Positions 36,114-47,300 of a stretch of DNA of 64,000 bases are shown piece by piece. Numbering within the stretch: position 1 is the stretch's first letter; each line of letters begins with the position of its first letter. The translations under genes were made by a program, and so were the position numbers. The notes under the pieces were generated by a model. It worked only from the letters and a program-made list of their open reading frames with translations, did no database searches and had not been told where the DNA came from. This DNA comes from Takakia lepidozioides (lineage: Eukaryota > Plantae > Bryophyta), in contig CM060731.1 of the NCBI GenBank assembly GCA_030704615.1, positions 54,126,001 to 54,190,000 of the forward strand, written 5' to 3'.

Positions 36114-38538
36114 GCATGAAGTGATAAAAAGGTTTGATTCTGTTTCTCAATCAACTTACAGGGGACAAGTGGGCCGGGGGGAAGGGGGGAGGGGTTTATG
36201 GTCATCAACTACCTTCCTTTACACCATAATTGCACAACAGGAAACCAGAGGTAACGAGGAAATCAAAGGTAATGATAACCTTGTGAGGCCAATGCACTCT
36301 CATGTGTTAGTCTTCCCAAAGTTTGAGAATGCATTCTTCATGGAAGTGAAAAGAAGTTAGTCTTTTTTAGCAATTCTGTGCAATTCATGTACTACTAATC
36401 TCTCCATAGTACCCTAACGTGAATATGGTTCCTCCAGTTAGGGGCTGGGAAGTCCATCCCCCTTCTGAAAGCTGGAAGGAAAGGTACCGGAGCAACATTG
36501 AAGGGATGGCAGGTCAATTATTACATCCATCCCTACTCTTCACCATGAGATTGAACCGGATCAGGACAGTGAACCATCTTCCTCCTCCATCAGCCTATGG
36601 TCGGGAGAACTGAAGAGACGTTTTTCGCTTGACAGTTCAAAGTATATACAGAAACAGAAACCTTCAGCAGCAAACTTCATTCTAGATTTCCTATGTCCAA
36701 TTTTTGGTCTCTCATACTTCTGTAGCATGACTCGCTACAAGCACTGCAAAGGGTTTTGTGCTACACTTTGCGGCCTCCCCGCAACCTCATGATGCCGTTG
36801 AGGTTTGTGACAATTTGCACCACGTTCGTTCGTTGTATGGTAACAAGTCCTTGTTAGGTACGGACTTGGATTCCTACAGGTCCTCTCCGCCCCATGGGCC
36901 CACTGAGCCTCCCTTGGAGGTAATGAAATTCTTCTCTCCATAGATGCAAACACCTCTGGGGATCTTGACAAGAAGCTTTCCACATGAGATAATTTTATTC
37001 ATTTGGTGTGCTTCTTTTATGTACAGTGAGATTAGTAGCAGGAGTAAGTGTTTTTACATGGTACATTTGCTTATGGACTTCATGAAGGGACTTTAGCTTT
37101 GCACTGAAGCATAGTGCAAGAACATACATGCATTAAATTGTCATTTAAATTTGGAAGGTGCTGGAGGCTGTCTGATGTGCATCTGTATCCTCGGCGGATC
37201 ATCCGGTATCATACTCCCAAGCAGTCACTGGGGCTTACTGGTCTCTGTAGAAAGGTCCAATCCATTGCTGTTCCACGAAAATTGAATGAGGTTCTCGTTG
37301 TTTATCCAAGTTTTGGACTTTACCTCTAGAGTTCTGTTTCTGTGGGAAATGTCCTCGATCTACTTTAATGCAGCACAGGGGACTGAATGTGAGGTTGATA
37401 GCTCTTTATACAGAGAATTGAGGCCAAAAGGAGGTATAGTTTTTGGGTATGGTCACAACGGAAACAGCATCCCAAATGTAGACAATTCTCTGGAAATGTT
37501 ACTGTTTTGATCCCTTGTACCCCTGATCCCTTGTACCCCTGGTCTGCGGGCACTCACACACACACATATGGGCATGGTGGGTATTGGGGAAGAGTTCTAT
37601 GAGCAATGTGTTGGGGGTAGCAGTGAATGGCAATGACATGACAGACATTTACCCATTAAAAATCTATCTTTGAATGTTGAACCATGATGTACCCTTGTCG
37701 GACCACCTTGTCTCCACATGGTATAAAACTCAGCCAAAATCACCAGAGCTCTTCCCCTCAGCTGAGAACAATCCAATTTCAGGGATTCTGAGTGCTGATT
37801 TAAGGGATGACGCCAGAAACCTTATGGAAGGTTCCGAGCACTTGCAACAGTTGGGGGACATATGGCTCTGTCATTGCACTGTCAGTTTCACTTTAGTGTC
37901 TTGACAAAGAGAAAGGGGTGGATTCACTGTGAGGCCAGAGACATTGACATGAAGGTAAGAGGTGGCCCTCTGTAAACAAATGGTATTCATTAGATCTCTT
38001 ATTACAATTAGATTTAGTGAAGTAGACCTTGGGAAATAGCAAAGGATCGAGAGGTCCGAGAGTGGAACCTTGAATTAATTTCTGTTATGATGTACCCTCC
38101 CAATGGACACAGGACTGGAAGTTGACATGAAGATTTGATGACTCTGAAACACCCGAAACACACGTGCAATGAAAAGCACGTCATTAAAATGAGGTGGATT
38201 AGGAGGTGGGCGCCTCAAATCAGTAAACAATGGAATGTACACAAAGGGGGTGGGGGGTAGGACATTTCTCTTCGCGGTATGAATGGAAGCATTCCTTCCC
38301 CAAGCATTCCTTCCCCAAATAAGTCGACCAGTGATGCTAACAATGACCCAACATCTGCATCCTCCTTCCATGAGTCCGCCAGAAGCGTTGCTTTGGCCCT
38401 GTCAGTTCCAATTGCTTTGGACCACTCAGTTCTGCAAAACAATCTAAAGAGAGAGGCTCAGAAATTACTTGGACTTAGAAAGAGCACCTCCTGCTGCTCG
38501 CTGGCATGGCAGATTATCCACTGACATTAGAATGGACA

Positions 38539-38605
38539 CAGGCAGGCAATTCCACGATGTGGTGGGAAGTGCATATTACGTTGCTTCAGAGGTGTTGAAG
38601 AGAGG
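38539..38605 (+). pseudogene. Isolated calcium-dependent protein kinase activation-loop fragment
   Basis: Translates GRQFHDVVGSAYYVASEVLKR (CDPK consensus DVVGSAYYVAPEVL); no other kinase exons seen nearby. Confidence 0.6.
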
Positions 38606-39063
38606 CAACATGAGGTAACGAGAGATAGTGCGACTTAATGTGAGGGAATAAGATAAAGTTTCATTAACATCCAGTTAACATCCATTAACATCATTACAGA
38701 GCCTACTGATCAACACGCGAGAGAGGAAGAAAGACGAGCTTAAGAAAAGGGTAAATTAAGTGGTCAATGTTAGGCTTGTCTGCCCTAAAAGTGGGCAACA
38801 GCCACCAGCTGGGACAGTGTAGTTCTCTTGATCGTTACCATCCTTGTCAGTCCAACATAATCATCAGCAATTCCCCACATCCAATCTCCGCCTCTCAGTC
38901 CATGCACTATATTGAGCTCAACAAATCCGTCCATACAGACTCTTTAATTCCAGCTTGTCCACACCAAAAGGTGCACAATTTGACAAAAACTGCATTCACA
39001 GAAGACGTCTGCTGAGCATTGAACAAATAGGACAAAGATATTCGCAGGATTGCAGGTCGCCTC

Positions 39064-39998
39064 TCATTCCATTTCTTCAGCAGCATCAACTTCACTGTTG
39101 TCGCCGCCCACCCGATTATGTTTCTTGGCATATCTCTGATTCCTCAAGAATTTAGGGTCCATCTGCACCACCACACCAACAACTTCAGGAGATTTTAAAC
39201 ACAGCATTTGCCAACATATTTAACGACCAAATTTCGTGCAAACTCTTGTACGAGGCGCCAAACTAGACTTTAGTTCACTGACAGGGATTTCATGATCCAT
39301 TCATAGAAACCTGATGATTACATTCCTCTGACATTAATCCGCACAATGAACTCCACTTTACAGGAGCCACTGGTTAGGGTTGTTGTCCTGTGAAGGAGAT
39401 GGAACAGCTGGTTACAAGTTCATGCCCTGGGCGAGAGATTGAACATAACAGTGCTCCAAGGCAACCTCAGCAATGAAAATGATGTAAAAGCAAATATCAA
39501 ACTGGTTTCGCACTCGTGGTCGTGGAAACTCCTCGAGGGCAGGTACGTTACCCTATACAGGAAGCATAGACTCTCGTTGCAGAATTTCCTTCCATGCAAA
39601 TATACTTGCTCATCTATGCTGGTCTCCTATTTTCAATAGCCTCACAAACTTGAGCATAAAATGATTGAGACCATGATGAGTTAGAAAGCTAGTGTTTTCT
39701 CATACTCTTTAATCGGTGTGAAGTATTGAAAGCAGGGTAGGCAAGAACATGAACATCTCCACAAGCTCAGCACAGTTCATGGAGAGGAACCGAAATGACT
39801 TTCACGCCTCCAACTCCCCTTCTTCAACAATTACTGCTTCAGACAACAAATTACAAACTTCACGTCAAAGCTGAGGTTCTACAAAGAATAGCTTACCCCT
39901 TTTCTGGAGGTGTACTTCTGCTTCTTAGGCTTCTTGATCCCATTCCTGTGCGCCTTGTACGACTGGTTGTGCGCTGTGTGATTCTTCGACTTCGCCAT
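39064..39998 (-). CDS. RPL29: 60S ribosomal protein L29 (eL29), 2 exons, 66 aa
   Basis: Exon 39998-39897 [34 protein letters not shown]; GT..AG intron; exon 39162-39064 [16 protein letters not shown]...MEstop. Missed by the ORF track. Confidence 0.96.
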
Positions 39999-40101
39999 CA
40001 CAACAAGATTAACCCAAACAGTTCAGAGCATGAATCTGACCTTGGTGTTGGAGACCTGGCAGCGAGCCGGCTAGTGAAGAGTGAAAGAGCTCTGGACTCT
40101 G

Positions 40102-40114
40102 AACCCTAGGGTTT
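40102..40114 (-). promoter_or_regulatory. Telo-box (AAACCCTA) upstream of RPL29
   Basis: tagggttt at 40107-40114, within the palindrome aaccctagggtt, ~110 nt upstream of the ATG; typical of plant ribosomal-protein promoters. Confidence 0.7.
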
Positions 40115-40215
40115 GATGCTGCCATCATACATCATCCCATGCTTTTCATCCGGAAGTCATCCCAGTTCTATTAATTTTAATTTATTTATTTTTCTTTTTT
40201 CTTTTCTTTTCTTCT

Positions 40216-40636
40216 AAAAAAAAAGGGAAACACCTGGGAGCGAAAGCTCACAAATCAGGCCCCTTGATAGAGAGAGAGAGGAGAAAATAACCTCTCAGTA
40301 ACCTCGCCGTAAGGCTTTCCGATGCGCCACTGCGCAGAGAAGGGGGAGAAGAGCGCACCACACCCGTCAAGAAGCAGGATTTGACCCCAAGGTCATCCGG
40401 ATGGCACTCAGTGCATTTTACCAACTGAGCTACTGACTGTTGGTTGCTTTTGTTTTTAAGAAAAAAGGGAAACACCTGGGAGCGACAGCTCACAAATCAG
40501 GCCCCTTAGTAGTGAGAGGAGAAAATAACCTCTTTCATTTATGCGCCATGGAGGCCAATGAGTAGCAAGATTTGACCCCAGAATCATCTGGGTGGCACTC
40601 GGTGCACTTAACCAACTGAGCTACTGACTGTTGGTT
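40216..40636 (-). mobile_element. Two tandem tRNA-derived SINE-like copies (40216-40445, ~40461-40636)
   Basis: Minus-strand head CAGTAGCTCAGTTGG (A box)...GGGGTCAAATC (B-box-like); shared body; T-rich 3' end TTTCCCTTTTTT. Confidence 0.65.
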
Positions 40637-41392
40637 TTATTTATTTTTAAGAAAACAGGGGACAGTGGCCCTGTGTGGGCGGCAGTGGTAACTTTATTCA
40701 TAATTAATTTTGGGAAATTTTAATTTAGAAAAAGGGAATGGACGAATGGACATTGGACACCCCTAAAATTTATAAAGGGAAGTTGGACAAGTAGTCCCAG
40801 CAGTACATATGAGGAAAATATAACCTCAGCAGAGTGCCACACAGGCTAACATGTTCTGTTGCTCTTACAGAGGTAACATGGGAAGCAAGACGCGACTGGG
40901 CCTGCCAGTTGACATCAAAAAACCCCTTCCTACTTCCCGATAGGATTATGGAATCCAACAGTGGTGTTATGGTAAGCTTTGTTGTCATTCAGGCCCAACT
41001 TCCGGTCATTGACCTTCTGGGTTGTTGAGGTACTTATTGGAATGCTTCCCTGCTCCCCACCACTCGGCTACCTGACCAGTTTGACATTCAATATTCAAGA
41101 TACTTGAGTTCATAACCAAATGTTTGATCTTACTAAGTGGAGACTATTTCTGTACTACTGTCAATCTTTGACAAGAAGCCTAGTATTTTCTTCCAGCTAC
41201 ATTATTTTGCACAGGGCCGGGACCTGTATGACCAGCACTTGCAGACCAAGACTGACTCTACTCAATTGCAGGAACAAGTGAAAGGATCTGCTGCTGCTGT
41301 TGGTTGACATTATCATCCCAGGACTCCAAGAGGAAGAATATTGAAACAGACCAATCTAAAGGGGTTTTTTTGTCATCCACAAAATGCTTAGA

Positions 41393-44300
41393 CTATCCGC
41401 CAGTCTTCGGCAGTTTGTACTGCTTTTTGAGAAATTTGGAGGCATCACGCTCTGACCGGTGGCACAGAATACGAAGGAGAGTGTCGGCATCTGTAGCAAT
41501 CCGGGAAGACCCTGCTCTCTGGACACTTCCACCGCCTACCATCTGCTCACTTGCTCGCTTGAAATTATCTATAAGTACGGGTGTCTGCAAACAACAATAC
41601 CACCTCCTCTCCTTACTATTTTTGTGAGTTCTTTCACAAGAGATTGTTTGACATTTAGCATGCTCTCTTCCCTGCTTGGACCTGAGTGACGGAATGGAGA
41701 AACTTTCTGAATGACCAATGCCAGACAAAAGACCATTCTGGCGCAATCAATAACATCATCCACTGGTATAGACATGATTCCAATAAAACACAAAGCAATC
41801 CCAACACTGCTACTGTGCCCCATACTTTAGTCACAGATGTGACACTGCAAGTCAAATTTGTGGCTGGAAAAGTCTGACAAGAATGCGGGCAACAGTAGCC
41901 ACATTGCACATTGGGGGTGATAGCCCCACATGCACTTAAGACAACAAGAAAAAATAAGAGAGAAAGGAAGGAATTATCCACTGGAAGCTCAAGGCTCTTG
42001 TACCCCATGAAAAGTTCAAAAAGATCTGCAAAACAGAACCTCCACAATACTAAAACTCAGTGAAACTTCGAGAGAGAGAATGTACTCTTAAGAACTTGGT
42101 AGAAAGAGTGAGAGAGCACTCACATCAAGGGTGTACAGATTCAGTATCTCTTGGACATGGGCAGCAGCATTGTCCACCATCCCTGTGGGGAGGCCCTCCC
42201 CTTCTGCTGTGAAGAAATCCTGCCCAAACCAATTCCCCAATGCCTAAGTATAAAAGACATAATATCCTAGGTCTAGCCTGAGCACATTGGAGTCACATGT
42301 CCTAAGCATAACACGCCCTGACCTGTAGCCCCACTGGGAAGTACGCTGTAATAAATACTCTGGAGATGCTCTGTAGTTCACAACTCTTCAACCTGCTGAT
42401 AAACTTCCCAGACATGGAAAAGGGGAGCGAGAGTGCAAGATACAAGGTGGTTTCTTAGTGGGGCCTCCCTTCGGGGCTTTCCTTGGCTTGAAAGCCTTGG
42501 GATTGTCTTCCACCTTGTTTCAAAAAATCCAAATCAGGGTGTTGCCACTTTCACCTCCCCTCAAGAAAAACAGATGCAGAGGAAGAACAAGGAACCTTGA
42601 GCACATTGAGGTCTTCTTCCAGCATCTCGGAATCAGTCTGTGCAAAGGCTCTCGTTGGCCCTCCATCTAAAAGCACATGCAGTAGCCCATCCTTACAACA
42701 AGCCAACCATTGTTTTGTTAATACTCCAAACGAAACTAGAACTAGAACTAGAACTAGTATAGCCTCCTAAACAATCTGTGTCTTTCATACCAATTAGCTG
42801 AATGATTTTTTTCCTCAAGACCAAGCTCAGAACACTCAGAGAACAAACCAAAGTTATGTGGCTGTATATCACTGCCTGCTTCCTGACAGATTGTTCTGCA
42901 CCCTATAGACTCACAAAGCACAAGCCCACACCAAAGCCAGGGTCTAGAATTTGCTATATGACATTTGCAAGCTCCTACTGTGAGACTCAAATGTCAACTT
43001 CAAAGCAGGCATTCCATGGTGTGAAGAAGAAAGAGCATCCTCCAGGGATTCCTCCAACTACTCCCAAATCATCTACAAAAAGTCCTCAGGCTGCTCCCTG
43101 CGAACGTTGGCTTGCCATAGCCTTACGGCCATTGACCTAAAGAGCATCCTCCAGGGATTCCGTCAACTACTCTCAAAGCATCTAGAAAAGGTCATTATGC
43201 TGTTCCCTGCGAATGTTGGCTTGCCATAGCCTTACAGCCATTGACCCCAGGCAGCTAACCCTCCCGGAGCCTTTTGTGGGTTCGTGCCAACCAGGGTTTA
43301 GTTTATCCCCCAGGCTTCAGCTGCACATATAAAATTATTTTACCGCAACTGCAATTAAGGCCCTCACAGAGGCACTTGTCCGCATGCAAACTCGACAGCC
43401 CGCTTGCAGAGTTATTGATTTGAATTTTATAGCATCTAGAGAACAGGTTGGAAATTTGGGACACCGTTTACTAGCAAAGAGGATCAGACCCAGCATACAC
43501 ACCAGGGAGGCTTGCAAAAGTCCGAGTACAACACGGTCCCGAAGAGGCTCCACAATTACTTCACATAGTTGCCCCAAGACCTGTATGAACCCGCATCAAT
43601 GCAACTAGAGGAAAATGAGTAAACATGAACGGAAAAATAGTCAAAAAGTCACAGATGCTCATTTGAGAGTAAAGGGAAATTGTCTATACTTACCGGGTCA
43701 AGCACACTGATCACAATTTCCATGCGTGCTTGAGCCACACTCACTTTGTACAAGCCTTCAAGAAAGGTGTCTCTTATGTCCCAGAATATTATTTTTGTGC
43801 CTGCCCGTAAGTCACATTCATGTAATTAGTAGGTTCACTCAAAAACCCAAAGGACACACATCAAAGCCAACACCCCAAAGACAAGCACTCCGATCACAAC
43901 CAAACAAGCTTTTTGTACATAGATAGGATGACACCTGTAAATCTCAACACCCTAAACTTGCAAGCACAGTTTCCCCAAAACTGCCTATGTAACATCGACA
44001 AGACATGCTGCACATGTCAGTCACCAAATGTAACCACGGGCCCAAATGCAGAATTCATCAAATGACATTCTCACCTGTAAATTCGCAAATCTTGTCAATG
44101 GCAATATTTACCACCTTTCTTGACCCCTCCAGCGAAAGGTCATCCATTGGCCTTATCCCAGACATCCGCTTTGATCTCAAGTCTCCATCACCTGAACCTG
44201 ACCTGTGTCCTGTACCCAACAGTGAGTAATAATCTCCAATGAGGAGTATGTTGGAAAACCACTGGCGTGTGGTCGGGCTAGGGATTGAACCTAGGACCTC

Positions 44301-47300
44301 CCCCATTCCGGTGGGGTGCTCTACCACTGAGCTACCCATCCCGTTCTGTTCTCCAAGTGCCGTGCAAGGGCTATAACCTTGACACTCCAACACTCCCCCT
44401 CAAGGCATAGCCCTTATAGCTAATGCCCACCCATTCTGACCACCGCCCCAACCTTGGCTCTGATACCATGTTGGAAAACCACTGGCATGTGGTCGGGCTA
44501 GGGATTGAACCTAGGACCTCCCCCATTCCGGTGGGGTGCTCTACCACTGAGCTACCCGTCCCGTTCTGTTCTCAGTGCCGTGCAAGGGCTATAACCTTGA
44601 CACTCCAACAGAGTAGAACTCCCAAGACATTATAGTCCTATGACATTGACACTCACGTCCAGGGAACCCAATGAACCTTACTTGAACCTTCCACAAAACA
44701 AGCTACCAGCTACAACAGGATAAAACCAATTGAGCGTTGTTTAGCTTACACACTTGAAATAGACCCATTAGTGTAGCTGAGATCATCCTGTGGTCTTTTT
44801 ACAGCCCACCGCTCACGGATGTTGTCTTCCACTAGATCCACCTGCCTCAATATGTACTGCAGCCTCTTCCCCAAGCCACGGTCACACCTTTTCCCAACCC
44901 CAGCACACTAGTGCCTCTTCGATCTGTTGGTCACTACAATAACCCCTGCCCCCTTCCTGCCTGTTCTAACCCTCCATTCCTGTCCGTTGGAAAATTTTAT
45001 CATAAATGGTAGCTCTTGTGAGCAACATTTACACTTCCAATAGTCTGTTCTGAGACTTTTGAATGTGGGAATTGATGTGTGAGTCCTTTCCAATAATAAA
45101 TCCCTAAAAAATGCAGATGTGAGGGTACATCAGATTTATTATGGACTGAAATGTGCCATTCATGTTGCACAAAGCTACAGTTTCAAGAATCCAACCCAGT
45201 TGGAGAACTAGCTCATAAACTTGCGCAAATTGACTGGTGGTCGAGTCATGACAAGTTGATCAAATGTACCATTCTCAATCCATACTTCATTTCACCAGGT
45301 GGAAAGTTTCAGACAAATGATTTGATAACCCCAAGCCACCAGATGAGTTTGTATGAGGGAGAATGTAGTTCACTTACATGAAGTGTGTTAAGGCGGACAC
45401 AGAGCTTGGCAGTAGTGAGAATATTTATCTCGCTCGATCGTTTATCATCTGGGAGGCGAGGGTCAACAGCTTTCTTCTTGCTTTGTGCCTTCAAGGCAAC
45501 GTCTTTCTTGTAGCGGGTCAAACCAGGAGGGGGAGGAATGAGGTCTGCTTTATCACCTGCACAGAAGCAAACCATTTTGTAATGAGATGAGAAGCTAAGC
45601 TTATGGGTGCCTAAGTACTTGATATTCCTAAGATGAAAAAGTGTTGAAGGAAACGGCTCACCTAATTGAGTTGCAACTTTGTTCGCATACGACTGCAGTG
45701 CATTATCAAAGCCATTGGTGAGGCCTTTAAGCAGTGGTAATCTCATTGGAAGCTTCAGGTTGAAAAACTGATCTATGGTCTGGCCACCCACCCCAACCAG
45801 ACATCAAGAACTAAGTTGGTCTTGTGGAAGCTGCTCTGCAGGCACTGAGACACATTCCCAGCAATAATATCCTAGAAAGCATTGAGAAGTGGATCAGTGG
45901 CTATCCACACCCAAAACTGTTACACTTGAAGACAAGGTTTTAATGACCTTTGCACAGTTCAGTTCCATTAATGCATTGCAAGGGAAACCACGAGCTCACT
46001 CTCTCTTAAAGAGACGTTATAAAGCATGTATGTGGACGTTATAAAGCACCATTTCATTTCTCTTGGGTTAGCTTGACACCACCTTCCAAGACCAAAAAAA
46101 CCCTTCACTGGATAGTGCTCACTCCTCTTTAAGGGTTTACTCACCAACAAAACAACTGACATCAACTGTCCCTCATTCAAGCCTTGTTGGCTTAGGACTA
46201 CAGACCACTAAGCCACTAAGGTACTAGTGAATGCAAGGGAAGCACACCTAGACTGCTTCAAAACCTCCTGGGGTTCACAAATGACACAAGCACAATTCAG
46301 TTCCATAGTTAGAAACTGCTTCTGTTTTGGGTTGCATAGATCTACTATAATTCATCTGTGTGCAGTCTCTGATAGCTTCCAAGTTCAGGAACTTCAGATA
46401 AGCAGAATTCGAAGGACCTCTTCAATGATTCGGAAAACCTCCACAATTGATTCTCCATGTTGTTGCTGCGTTGAGAGGGGCTCCCATCTCTTCACATGAA
46501 CCACGTATCATTGTCACCACATGTCACTGTCACAGAAATTAGGGACGTGGGAATCTCACCCTTTGGATGAGTCCTTAAAACTCCAAACTGATAGTTATCT
46601 GATGTCTCTTCGAAAATACAGTTCGACTAAAGTCACTAACATATCCAACTGCCTGTGCAACCCAAAATTCTTGCAAGGTGAAGACACGTATACCTACTCC
46701 TGATTAAAACATGGAAGCAATGGTGTGATCACCGCAAACACCAGTTTCTGGAAGACAGACCACATGTACACATATGACTGCTTGATGAGAGTCAAGTAAT
46801 GAAGGAGAGGAGTGCCTACTTCTTGTTCAACTGTGCGTTCCACCCATTCTGACACCCGCGTTAGTTGCGCATTGACCCATCTCATAATCAATGTTCCTGA
46901 CACAAATTCCACCTGCCTCAACTCCATGAATGTGTGTCAGAGTGTACTACGGAACTCAAGAATCACATTAGAAACGCAGCTGACTAAAGGAGCTTGGTGT
47001 TGACCTTATGAGGGTCACTTGCTGAGATTCGTGTTGGGAGCTGATGAAGTCACTGTATAATTGTAGCTTATGACTGATACTCACTGATGAGTTTTGGTTA
47101 GCCAGAAATGATTTGAGAGTTTATGGTGCAATACACTTGATTGAGTCCATTTTTGGATGTGTACTTTGGTGTGGCTGATGGAGACTGCAGCTTGTTTATT
47201 TGCTTCTCGGGTAAGCGTGGTTAGGAGGTTACAGATGGGTCTGGGTGCAGGGGGGTCTGGGTGCAGGGGGGTATGGTATGGGGTGTATAAACCAGAAAGG

